64,000 nt of DNA from contig CAYHBZ010000002.1 in NCBI GenBank assembly GCA_964355175.1, positions 332,537 to 396,536 on the forward strand, given 5' to 3'. The DNA comes from an uncultured Gammaproteobacteria bacterium (GTDB taxonomy: Bacteria; Patescibacteriota; Patescibacteriia; Magasanikbacterales; GWA2-37-8). The translations under genes were made by a program, and so were the position numbers. Positions 19,310 through 28,487 of this stretch are shown here, piece by piece (positions within the stretch are counted from its first letter, which is position 1; each line of letters starts with the position of its first letter). The notes below the pieces were generated by a model. The model did no database searches. It had not been told where the DNA came from and saw only the letters and a program-made list of their open reading frames with translations.

Positions 19310-20625
19310 TCAATAAAGTCGCGGTTGAAAGCGGTTTCGTCAAACTGGATCTGTCCGTCAAAAAATTCTTGAATTTTTTTGGTCATACCCAAAGCGTTCT
19401 GCAGACAAGCGGTCGCGCCGGGCGAGGGAGTGACATTAAAAATAATTTTATCACCCAAAATTTCAGCGGCGCCTAGCAATAGGCGTCGTTCTTTTTTATT
19501 TACCAATTGCGGACGAATGCCACCCATACCTTTTTTAGTTTTTAGATCTGATTTTTTGATGGTTGGTATAATTTTTGCGATATTTTTTACAAAAGCGGCG
19601 CGACCAATTAGTGGCAAAGTAAAGATAAAATTTTGGACAATGAATTTTAGAATATCTGGATCAGAATGAATTTTGACAATGGTCATAAAAGCATCCCAAT
19701 CAAAACCGGCGGAGCGCAAAAAGTCCGGCAAGGTTTTTAGCGAACCGCGTTCTAAGATTGGCAAAGATAGGGCGGTAGGCCCAAAACGGGTTTCGGCCGT
19801 ATCAAAAATATTGGGATCGCCATGAATGGCAGCAAACGGCAACTTTTCTTTTTGCATGGTATAGACTTTGCTATTGAGCAGGTGATGATTGGAAGTATAA
19901 TAGTCGCCAATTACCGGCAATATCGCGTATTCTAATCCGTATCCCAAATTTTTGGCAAATAATAAACTGTGAGTGCCGAGCGCTACCACCACCACTTCGG
20001 CAGTAAAAGTGTTATGCTCGGTGGTGACGATATATTTATTTTCTGATTTTTCAATCGATTTTATTTTGGTATTAAAAAATATTTCAGTTTTATTTTTGTC
20101 GGTATTTTCCACAAAACTTTCGGATAACTTTTGATAATTTACGGTATAGCCGTTGGTGGAATATAGAGCCAAGACCGGTATCTTTGGGTCGCGTCCTTCC
20201 ATTATTTTTGGTTCAATTTTTCGGATTTCATCTGCCTCGATTCTTTTTAGATCAGGATATATTTCTTTGAATTTTATAAATCTTTTTTCCAAAGTTTTTA
20301 TTTCTTTGTCACCGATAGCCAGGATCATGCTACTAGAATGCAAAAAAATTCCATTGTCAGCTGGCAATCTGTCTAGATATTTGGCTACCATGCCAGCGCC
20401 CGTTTTTACTTTTGTGGCTTTTTCCAAATTGTAATTGGTTTCAATATCGCCAAAATGTAAGGTTTGGCTGTTGCGCAGACCGCTGGTATTGGCTTGGCCT
20501 AATTCGGAATTTTTTTCCAGCAGGGCGATACTTTGTAAATTGGTATAGCGACTCAAGGTGTATAATAAGGCACTGCCGGTAATACCGCCGCCGGCAATAA
20601 GAAGTTGAAAATTTTTATCGGCCAT
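19306..20625 (-). CDS. FAD-dependent oxidoreductase, malate:quinone oxidoreductase-like
   Basis: IAGGGITG FAD motif, NSQTLHFGDIETNY, LPFAAIHGDP, TPSPGATACL. Confidence 0.75.
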   Translation of the reverse strand: MADKNFQLLIAGGGITGSALLYTLSRYTNLQSIALLEKNSELGQANTSGLRNSQTLHFGDIETNYNLEKATKVKTGAGMVAKYLDRLPADNGIFLHSSSMILAIGDKEIKTLEKRFIKFKEIYPDLKRIEADEIRKIEPKIMEGRDPKIPVLALYSTNGYTVNYQKLSESFVENTDKNKTEIFFNTKIKSIEKSENKYIVTTEHNTFTAEVVVVALGTHSLLFAKNLGYGLEYAILPVIGDYYTSNHHLLNSKVYTMQKEKLPFAAIHGDPNIFDTAETRFGPTALSLPILERGSLKTLPDFLRSAGFDWDAFMTIVKIHSDPDILKFIVQNFIFTLPLIGRAAFVKNIAKIIPTIKKSDLKTKKGMGGIRPQLVNKKERRLLLGAAEILGDKIIFNVTPSPGATACLQNALGMTKKIQEFFDGQIQFDETAFNRDFID

Positions 20626-21142
20626 AAGATTTGAGGTAGTGAAGTAGTAGACTGCCTTGAGTATTTAATTTTTTAACGGATTTTAATTTCCATTTGGCTA
20701 ATTTTCTGGTTTTAAATAAAGATAATCCATAGCCAAAAGACACCGGTTCGATGGTAAGAAATAATTCATCCAGTAAATTTTTTTCCAGACAGTAAGAATA
20801 AATTTGTTCGCCGCCTAAAATGCCGATTTTTTTATAACCGCATTTTTTAATTAATTGTGTCAGAGATTGTTTGGCCGGATTGAGATAGGTAAGTCCGGGC
20901 AGATCTTTTTTATTATTGGTGTTTCTGGTCAGTACAATGCAGTTGCGTTTGGACAGCGGCTTCTTGGCCATGTCATAGGTAGAGCGTCCGACTAATATTA
21001 CGTCGCAAGTATTTAGGATAGCGTGCAAAAAATCTTTGTCTTCCTTGCTGGTCCAGCTGGAAAAGTGTCGGGAATGTTTGGCAATACGCCCGTCGATAGT
21101 AGTGGCCGCAATAGCGATGTAGTTTGGTTTTTTCATAGCCAT
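20615..21142 (-). CDS. Dihydrofolate reductase/RibD C-terminal family protein
   Basis: AATTIDGRIA, VGRSTY, ILGG, LDELFLTIEP. Confidence 0.85.
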   Translation of the reverse strand: MAMKKPNYIAIAATTIDGRIAKHSRHFSSWTSKEDKDFLHAILNTCDVILVGRSTYDMAKKPLSKRNCIVLTRNTNNKKDLPGLTYLNPAKQSLTQLIKKCGYKKIGILGGEQIYSYCLEKNLLDELFLTIEPVSFGYGLSLFKTRKLAKWKLKSVKKLNTQGSLLLHYLKSYGR

Positions 21143-21228
21143 AGCATTTTATCACATAGAAATAAATTTTCCAATATTTACTAATCCACCCGGGGTTGCT
21201 ATAATATGCCTCAGTAAAGAAATATTGT

Positions 21229-22575
21229 ATGACACATTTAAATTGGTTTAAATCAAGACAGTGGGCAAACGGGGATGTAGTAAATGACAAAAGTTTGTCT
21301 GAGTCTCACCGGTCGGTTTCTGTCCCAAAGTCTTTTTCTTTTTGGAGAAAAATGTTGGCTTTTTCTGGTCCGGGATATTTGGTGGCCGTAGGATATATGG
21401 ATCCGGGTAATTGGGCCACGGATTTGATGGGTGGTGCAAAATATGGCTATGCACTTTTATTTGTGGTGCTCATGTCCAGTTTGTTCGCTATGTTGCTGCA
21501 ATATTTATCGGCCAAGCTTGGAATTGTTACCGGTCGGGATTTAGCGCAAATTTGTCACGATAACTTTGGTAAGAAAACTTCTTTTTTCTTTTGGTTGATG
21601 GCTGAGATTATGATCATTGCCTGTGATTTGGCGGAAGTTATTGGATCAGCCATTGCTTTGAATTTATTATTTAAAATTCCTCTGGCCTTTGGTGTGATTA
21701 TCACGGCCGCCGATGTGTTTGTATTATTGCTTTTACAGAATCGCGGATTTAGATATTTGGAAGCGCTGGTGATTACGCTTATTATTACTATCATGGTGGC
21801 CTTTAGTTTGGAATTATTTTTTTCTCAGCCGGCGATCGTCGCTTTGCTGAACGGTTTTATCCCAACCGGTAATTTGTTTACCGATAAGGAAATGCTTTAT
21901 ATTGCCGTAGGTATTTTGGGAGCGACAGTGATGCCGCATAATCTATATTTGCATTCGGCAGTGGTGCAGACCCGTGCTTATGAGGAAACCGAGGAAGGCA
22001 AAAAAGAAGCCTTAAAATTTTCGGCCATTGATTCTACTGTCGCTTTATTGTTTGCTTTTTATATCAATGCCGCGATTTTGATAGTATCGGCGGCAACATT
22101 TTATACCCGCGGACTAAATGGTGTGGCTGAAATTTCTCAGGCCTATCAGCTTTTATCACCTCTGCTTGGCGCCAGTGCCGCTTCGATTTTATTTGCTATC
22201 GCCCTTTTGGCCTCTGGTCAGAATTCCACCATTACCGGTACTCTAGCCGGACAGATTATCATGGAAGGTTTTATAAATTTTAGATTGTCTCCATGGTTGC
22301 GTCGTTTGGTGACCAGATTGATAGCGATTGTGCCGGCCGTGATAGCAATTTTAATTTATGGTGACGGCAGTCTGACAAAATTATTAGTTTTGAGCCAGGT
22401 AATTTTAAGTTTGCAATTGCCGTTTGCGGTTTTTCCGTTGGTATATTTTACCGGCAGTAAAAAACATCTGGGAAATTTTGCCAATCGTCCTTTTACGAAA
22501 TTCTTGGCTTGGACTATTGCTAGTATAATAGTAATTTTAAATATTTGTTTACTGTATTTACTTTTCGTTAATTAA
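21229..22575 (+). CDS. mntH: Nramp divalent metal transporter
   Basis: GYMDPGNWATD and GATVMPHNLYLHS. Confidence 0.95.
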   Translation: MTHLNWFKSRQWANGDVVNDKSLSESHRSVSVPKSFSFWRKMLAFSGPGYLVAVGYMDPGNWATDLMGGAKYGYALLFVVLMSSLFAMLLQYLSAKLGIVTGRDLAQICHDNFGKKTSFFFWLMAEIMIIACDLAEVIGSAIALNLLFKIPLAFGVIITAADVFVLLLLQNRGFRYLEALVITLIITIMVAFSLELFFSQPAIVALLNGFIPTGNLFTDKEMLYIAVGILGATVMPHNLYLHSAVVQTRAYEETEEGKKEALKFSAIDSTVALLFAFYINAAILIVSAATFYTRGLNGVAEISQAYQLLSPLLGASAASILFAIALLASGQNSTITGTLAGQIIMEGFINFRLSPWLRRLVTRLIAIVPAVIAILIYGDGSLTKLLVLSQVILSLQLPFAVFPLVYFTGSKKHLGNFANRPFTKFLAWTIASIIVILNICLLYLLFVN

Positions 22576-22588
22576 ATTTTTAGCAGTT

Positions 22589-23332
22589 ATGAAGATACAT
22601 TTTTTGGGAACCAATGGTTGGTATGATAGCGATACCGGTAATACTATTAGCGCTTTAATTGATACCAAGGAGGCTTATATAATTTTGGACGCCGGTTTTG
22701 GTATTGCCAAAGCATCGGATTTTATCAAAGAAGATAAACCGGTTTTTTTATTTCTCAGTCATTTTCATATTGATCATATTTGTGGTCTGCATACTTTAAC
22801 CAAGATGAAGCTTAAACAACCGCTCACAATTATTAGTCATAAAGGACTCAAAAAAATGATGAGCACAATTTTTGATCACCCCTACGCCGCGTCCCTTAAA
22901 GAGTTGGGTTACAAAGTAAATTTAATTGAAGTAAAAGCCGGTAAATATAATTTGCCGGTGAAGTTTGATTGTCTGCCGCTACAGCATATTGATACTGATT
23001 TCGGTTATCGTTTTTATTTAGAAAATAAAATTATTACTTATTGTACCGATACTCATCCTTGTGCCAACGATATAGAATTGGCCAAAGATGCGGATATTCT
23101 TATTCATGAATCTGGATATTGGAAAGAAGTGCCTGGAGATTTTTGGGGACACTCTGATCCCGAGGGGGCAGCGAAGGTGGCCAAAGAGGCTGGGGTGAAG
23201 AAAATGTATCTTACTCAATTTGGACCAAATTCATTTAATACGCGTGCCAAGCGTTTGGATGCTCAAAGAAGAGCGCGTAAGATTTTTAAAAATACTTTCG
23301 CGGCGTTTGATGGCATCACGATAAAAATTTAA
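22589..23332 (+). CDS. RNase Z-like MBL-fold hydrolase
   Basis: FLGTNG, SHFHIDH, YCTDT, LIHES, GHS. Confidence 0.8.
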   Translation: MKIHFLGTNGWYDSDTGNTISALIDTKEAYIILDAGFGIAKASDFIKEDKPVFLFLSHFHIDHICGLHTLTKMKLKQPLTIISHKGLKKMMSTIFDHPYAASLKELGYKVNLIEVKAGKYNLPVKFDCLPLQHIDTDFGYRFYLENKIITYCTDTHPCANDIELAKDADILIHESGYWKEVPGDFWGHSDPEGAAKVAKEAGVKKMYLTQFGPNSFNTRAKRLDAQRRARKIFKNTFAAFDGITIKI

Positions 23333-23333
23333 T

Positions 23334-23367
23334 AAAAAAATTCTCCATTATCTGGAGAATTTTTTTT
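23334..23367. terminator. Bidirectional terminator between convergent genes
   Basis: AAAAAAATTCTCCA-TTATC-TGGAGAATTTTTTTT. Confidence 0.8.
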
Positions 23368-23454
23368 CTACCACTGTCGACAAAATTTTGACTGCAAAGG
23401 TAGGCCGCACATCCTACCTCCTTTGGTTGGTGTGCGGGTAAATGACATGGTATC

Positions 23455-24204
23455 TCAGGTGCCGTACTGGGCGTGCTGGCGAAGTTGCTCCAGTTCCGCG
23501 GAGGTAGTCTCGATTTCTTCTGGATTCGCTTTCGCGTTTTCCAGAAGAGTCAGGACTTTGTCCACGGCCGTGCTGGCTTCGTCGCTTGACCAGTGCTTGC
23601 GTTTGCGTAGACGTGAAACCTCTCTCTGAGCTTGTCGCAGATAGGCCGACCTGATCCAGCTACGCCATCTTTCAATGTTTTGCCGGACGTAGGCGGGATC
23701 AGAGTAGTCGATGAGACTTGCCAGGATGTCGCCCGGCGAAGTATTGATCCAAGCTTTGTCTGGATACCTCTCCAGAGCCTGCTCGAGAATGTCCACGCGG
23801 CAGTTCAAGTACGCCGTCAGCATCTGTTCTTCCGAGAAAGGAGAGATGTCGACGTGCTTGAGCTTGAACAGCCTACAAATTCTTTTGACCTCCTTGATTT
23901 CGGTCAAGAAGTTTTCTCTCGCTGCCAGTGCTTCTGGCAACGATCTGGAGCTGCTCGACATCAGATCTGCACACCACACCGTGAGGTAGTGGCGAGCGAG
24001 TTGACGGCGTTCGTCTTCGTTCACGTGGCCCTTGAGATCCTGCAACTTCTGCAGTGCATCTTTCGGGTCGTTCCAGTTGCGCTCACCCAGCTCGGCGATG
24101 ATTTCTTGGTGTGCTTGTTTACGTTTCTTGGCGCGGTGCTTCTTGGCCATCACTGCGATGATGAAGACGCACGCGATAAATGCAACAATAACGGTGAGTT
24201 CCAT
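23455..24204 (-). CDS. GC-rich orphan protein with N-terminal membrane anchor
   Basis: 249-aa ORF; TM then basic patch; SD-like AGGGGGG; own consensus promoter. Confidence 0.7.
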   Translation of the reverse strand: MELTVIVAFIACVFIIAVMAKKHRAKKRKQAHQEIIAELGERNWNDPKDALQKLQDLKGHVNEDERRQLARHYLTVWCADLMSSSSRSLPEALAARENFLTEIKEVKRICRLFKLKHVDISPFSEEQMLTAYLNCRVDILEQALERYPDKAWINTSPGDILASLIDYSDPAYVRQNIERWRSWIRSAYLRQAQREVSRLRKRKHWSSDEASTAVDKVLTLLENAKANPEEIETTSAELEQLRQHAQYGT

Positions 24205-24336
24205 TTGCCCCCCCTAGTAGAACTTTGTAGGCAGTAGACACCATGTCTAAAAGCCAAAATAAGTTGGTAGCTAAATACTGTATATTCGCTTACCAACCGA
24301 TTTTGGACTATTGTAAAAAGAACACGAATTTGGCGA

Positions 24337-24365
24337 ATTATAGCACAAAAGTTAGTTTTTGTCAA
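24337..24365 (-). promoter_or_regulatory. Consensus sigma70 promoter
   Basis: TTGACA-17 bp-TATAAT with extended TG; boxA-like GTTCTTTTTACAA at 24323-24311. Confidence 0.8.
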
Positions 24366-24482
24366 GTATTTTAGCTGTTATTAGCCAAAAAATATCTCTT
24401 TAGATAGCCTTGTTTTTTCATAGACCGTATGGTAATATAAAAGCTCAAAAGACTCCTGTTTTTGTTTTTAATCTAGCTTTTT

Positions 24483-27314
24483 ATGTCTTTTTTTACCAAA
24501 ATTTTCGGCGATCCCAACGCCAAAGTCTTAAAAGAAATTTATCCAATAGTGGATAAAATAAATTCTTTTGAACCGTCATTACAAACTTTGTCATTGGAAC
24601 AATTAAAAAATAAAACCACCGAATTTAAAGAGCGTTTGGCCAAAGGCGAAACTCTTGATGATATTTTACCGGAAGCTTTCGCGGTAGTGCGTGAGGTTTC
24701 TCGCCATGTTACCGGCATGCGTCATTTTGATGTACAGATGATTGGTGGTATTGTGTTGCATCGTGGACAAATTTCCGAAATGCGTACGGGTGAAGGTAAG
24801 ACTTTGGTAGCTACTTTGCCAGTATATCTCAATGCGCTCGCTGGAAAAGGTGTGCATTTGGTGACAGTCAATGATTATTTGGCCAAGCGTGATGCTGTTT
24901 GGATGAGTCAGATTTATGACGCGCTGGGCATGAGTGTTGGTATTATTCAGCAACAGCTCGTGTCATATAAATATAATCCTAATAAATTAAAAATCACCGA
25001 CGCTGATGGCAAAGACGCAATGAGCGAAGGTGGTAGTATCGACGCCGAGCGCGACGCCACCGGTGCGTTTAAGGTAGAATATGAATACCTGGAAAATTGT
25101 ACCCGCAAAGAAGCGTATGCTTGTGATATTACTTACGGCACCAACAATGAATTTGGTTTTGATTATCTGCGCGACAACATGGTGGGTAATTTATTCGAAA
25201 TGTCTCAGCGACCTTTTTATTTTGCGATCGTCGATGAAGTCGATTCCATTTTGATCGATGAAGCGCGCACACCGCTGATTATTTCAGCTCCAGCCGAAGA
25301 AGCGACCGATACTTATTATAAATTTTCCGACATCGTAAATACTTTGGAAGAAAAAGCAGATTACAACGTGGATGAAAAAATGCGCGCCAGCACTCTCACG
25401 GAAGCGGGTATCAAAAAGATCGAACAAAAACTCGGCGTAGAAAATATTTATGCCGATGGTAGTATGAGTATGGTGCATCACACCGAGCAGGCCTTGCGTG
25501 CTAAATCTCTTTTCAAACGTGATCGCGATTATGTGGTAGAAAATGGCGAAGTGATTATCGTGGACGAGTTCACCGGTCGCAAGATGGCGGGTCGTCGCTA
25601 TAATGAAGGTCTACACCAGGCGATAGAGGCCAAAGAGCGTGTGGCGATTCAGCGTGAAAGCCAAACCATGGCCACAATTACTTTTCAAAATTATTTCCGT
25701 CTTTACACCAAGCTCTCTGGTATGACCGGTACGGCTGTTACCGAAGCGGAAGAATTTGGCAAAATTTATAATTTGGAAGTAACGGTAATTCCTACCAACC
25801 GCGCTAATTTGCGCTCCGATCATCCGGATAGAATTTACAAAACCGAAGCCGCTAAATATCAGGCTATCGCCAAAACCGTAAAAGAATTACAATCCAAAGG
25901 CCAGCCGGTTTTGATTGGTACTATTTCGGTAGAAAAAAATGAAGCCCTTAGTCTGTATTTGGAAAGAGAAGGTATTAAACATGAAATTTTAAACGCTAAA
26001 AATCACGAACGAGAAGGTGAAATCATCGCTCAGGCCGGTCATGCGGGCGCGGTGACTATCGCTACCAACATGGCGGGTCGTGGTGTGGATATTATTTTGG
26101 GTGGTAATCCACCGGTAGTGGAGGAGGCTCAAAAAGTACGTGCCAACGGCGGTCTATTTGTAATCGGTACCGAGCGCCACGAAAGTCGCCGTATCGACAA
26201 TCAGCTTCGTGGTCGCGCCGGTCGTCAGGGTGATCCGGGTGAAACTCAATTTTATCTTTCTACCGAAGATGATCTCATGCGTATTTTTGCCGGCGACAGA
26301 ATTCGCTCCGTGATGCAGACTCTGCGCGTGCCGGATGATATGCCAATCGAGCAAGGTTCTATTACACGCATCATCGAATCCGCTCAGAAAAAAGTAGAAG
26401 GTTTCCATTTTGATTCTCGTAAACATTTGCTGGAATACGACGATGTGCTGAACCGTCATCGTGAAGTGATTTATGGTCGCCGCCGTCAGATTTTGGAAAT
26501 TTTTGAACAACAAAAGAATAATATTATTGCTGGCACAGACGTCGCCAACACTGCCGCCGCCGACACCAACAACGCTGTTATCACGAGCGCCAGCGAGGGA
26601 TCTGTGAAGTCGCCAGCAAAAACTCTCCAAGACCTAATTTTAGAAATGACCGAAAATGAGATCGAACAGCTTGTATCTTTTCATACCAATGCCGAAGATA
26701 AAAATGTCTGGGAGATGCAAGAATTGGTAGATAGTGTCGGTACGATTTATCCTTTGAGCGAAGAAGAAAGAAATAAAATTTTGAATCTGGGTGAACATGG
26801 CACTGAAAAATTGGAAGCGGTAGAAGCGCGCACTCATGTTATTGAAACCCTTACCAATTGGGCCAAAGAAAAATATCAGAAAATGCTGGTAGAAAAAATT
26901 AACAATCCACCAATCCAGGCTGAAGTAGAAAAACAAATTCTTTTGCGCGCTACTGATGGTCTCTGGATTGATCACCTTGTAGCCGTCGATTATCTGCGCG
27001 CCGGTATTGGTCTGCGCGGCTATGGTCAGCGCGATCCGTTGGTAGAATACAAACGCGAAACCTATCACATGTTCAATAGTTTGCTCTCCGCGATTTCGCA
27101 TGATGTAGTATATAATATTTTCAAAATAAATATCGGTATTCAGATGGGTGAAGATAATCTGGCCAGAAAAAATCTGGTCTACAGCGGCCCAGAGACTGAA
27201 TCCAAAATCGTCGATACTACTCACGTAAAAAACGAAGAAGGTGAAAAAGTGGGACGCAACGATTTGTGTCCGTGTGGAAGTGGGAAGAAGTATAAGCGGT
27301 GCCACGGCGCGTAA
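24483..27314 (+). CDS. secA: Preprotein translocase ATPase SecA
   Basis: MRTGEGKT, DEVDSILIDEARTPLIIS, ATNMAGRG, SEC-C motif GRNDLCPCGSGKKYKRCHG. Confidence 0.98.
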   Translation: MSFFTKIFGDPNAKVLKEIYPIVDKINSFEPSLQTLSLEQLKNKTTEFKERLAKGETLDDILPEAFAVVREVSRHVTGMRHFDVQMIGGIVLHRGQISEMRTGEGKTLVATLPVYLNALAGKGVHLVTVNDYLAKRDAVWMSQIYDALGMSVGIIQQQLVSYKYNPNKLKITDADGKDAMSEGGSIDAERDATGAFKVEYEYLENCTRKEAYACDITYGTNNEFGFDYLRDNMVGNLFEMSQRPFYFAIVDEVDSILIDEARTPLIISAPAEEATDTYYKFSDIVNTLEEKADYNVDEKMRASTLTEAGIKKIEQKLGVENIYADGSMSMVHHTEQALRAKSLFKRDRDYVVENGEVIIVDEFTGRKMAGRRYNEGLHQAIEAKERVAIQRESQTMATITFQNYFRLYTKLSGMTGTAVTEAEEFGKIYNLEVTVIPTNRANLRSDHPDRIYKTEAAKYQAIAKTVKELQSKGQPVLIGTISVEKNEALSLYLEREGIKHEILNAKNHEREGEIIAQAGHAGAVTIATNMAGRGVDIILGGNPPVVEEAQKVRANGGLFVIGTERHESRRIDNQLRGRAGRQGDPGETQFYLSTEDDLMRIFAGDRIRSVMQTLRVPDDMPIEQGSITRIIESAQKKVEGFHFDSRKHLLEYDDVLNRHREVIYGRRRQILEIFEQQKNNIIAGTDVANTAAADTNNAVITSASEGSVKSPAKTLQDLILEMTENEIEQLVSFHTNAEDKNVWEMQELVDSVGTIYPLSEEERNKILNLGEHGTEKLEAVEARTHVIETLTNWAKEKYQKMLVEKINNPPIQAEVEKQILLRATDGLWIDHLVAVDYLRAGIGLRGYGQRDPLVEYKRETYHMFNSLLSAISHDVVYNIFKINIGIQMGEDNLARKNLVYSGPETESKIVDTTHVKNEEGEKVGRNDLCPCGSGKKYKRCHGA
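26576..26603 (+). repeat. Degenerate REP-like unit in-frame inside secA
   Basis: TGTTATCACGAGCGCCAGCGAGGGATCT compared with intergenic TGTCATCCTGAGCGTAGCGAAGGATCC. Confidence 0.65.
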
Positions 27315-27469
27315 ATAAAAAATAAAAGACCTTTGCAAAAGCAGAGGTTTTTTTTATACAAAAAATTGACTTTTTTATAAATTAGTTTAATATATTCTCA
27401 AGTTTCCATCTGGCTATGGTATGCATGTCGCATACTTGGCATGAGAAGGAAAAGCCTGGGGGGATTATC

Positions 27470-27934
27470 ATGGACTTCGCTCTTACCCGCGGTTTTCGCA
27501 TTGCCGCGGAGATCATCATCATCCTGTCGGTGATCAGCATGGCGCTCGAGTGCATCGTGCTGTCTCTGGGTCTGTCCACGATGGCGGATCTGTCACACTA
27601 CATGGTCTCGACCGCCTTTTCGGCGTTCGTCGGCGGTGTCATGTGGTGGTATTTCGGTCTCCGCCACAACGCCTCCGTGATCAAGGCGTTGAAGTACTGG
27701 CGCGACGAGTTTCCACCGGTGGATTCTGTCGGGCTGTTTCTCGGGGTGACCTTCGTGATCATCTTCGTTCTGGTGTCGCTGTCGCAGCTCGTGCGCTGGG
27801 TCCTGCAGACTCACGCTGGTCTGGAGAGCTGGTGGATCCAGAACATGGTGATTGCCTTGGCTGCTTCTGCCATGTTCCTTCTAGCCATCGTGGCCGATGC
27901 TGTGCGTAGAAGGATGATTGACGGTCGCGATTGA
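27470..27934 (+). CDS. GC-rich orphan four-TM membrane protein
   Basis: Four hydrophobic segments; SD-like GGGGGG; C/G-ending codons unlike its neighbours. Confidence 0.7.
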   Translation: MDFALTRGFRIAAEIIIILSVISMALECIVLSLGLSTMADLSHYMVSTAFSAFVGGVMWWYFGLRHNASVIKALKYWRDEFPPVDSVGLFLGVTFVIIFVLVSLSQLVRWVLQTHAGLESWWIQNMVIALAASAMFLLAIVADAVRRRMIDGRD

Positions 27935-28013
27935 GGTGGCGCGTCTTCGAACAAGAAGGAGGGACATGTCCATTCGTGCTCCGCCCCCAATAGGGGCGGC
28001 AGTGAGGAGGAAG

Positions 28014-28088
28014 AAACCATCGACCACCAAACTGCTTTTCATCTAAATGTACATTTGGATATAGAGCAGAGTGGTCGATGGTTTTTTT
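28014..28088 (+). terminator. Long hairpin/terminator after the GC-rich gene
   Basis: AAACCATCGACCAC...GTGGTCGATGGTTT with a paired inner arm and a T-run. Confidence 0.65.
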
Positions 28089-28142
28089 GTTTAGTTATGT
28101 TATAATATTTATTGAAGAAATATATTTATTACAGAATTAATT

Positions 28143-28349
28143 ATGATCACGCCCGGAACCTACCGCCACTACAAAGGAAAAGATTATGAAGTAATCGGTA
28201 TTGGCAAAAATGAAGCCACATTGGAAGAGGTCGTAATTTATAAAGCTCTATATGATGGTGGTAGTATTTGGGTGCGCACCTTGAAAGTTTTTGAAGAAAA
28301 AGTGGAAGTAAATGGGGAAGTAGTGCCTAGATTCAAATTTATAAAGTAA
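28143..28349 (+). CDS. DUF1653 family protein
   Basis: GTYRHYKGKDYEV...VIYKALY...WVR...PRF. Confidence 0.9.
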   Translation: MITPGTYRHYKGKDYEVIGIGKNEATLEEVVIYKALYDGGSIWVRTLKVFEEKVEVNGEVVPRFKFIK

Positions 28350-28487
28350 AAATCGGTCCAAAAGACCGGTTTTTTGTTTATGGCTAGCCATAAACACTCT
28401 GGATTTATCCACTTGCCAAAAATGCTAAAACAAGGTAAAATCGCTCTACTTAAATTGATTAATAAAATCATTAATTTTATCTAATTT

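Noticed and set aside
23632-24237. 201-aa plus-strand ORF and other overlapping ORFs in the GC-rich islets
   Set aside because: Expected shadow frames in GC-rich DNA; promoter and SD support the opposite assignment
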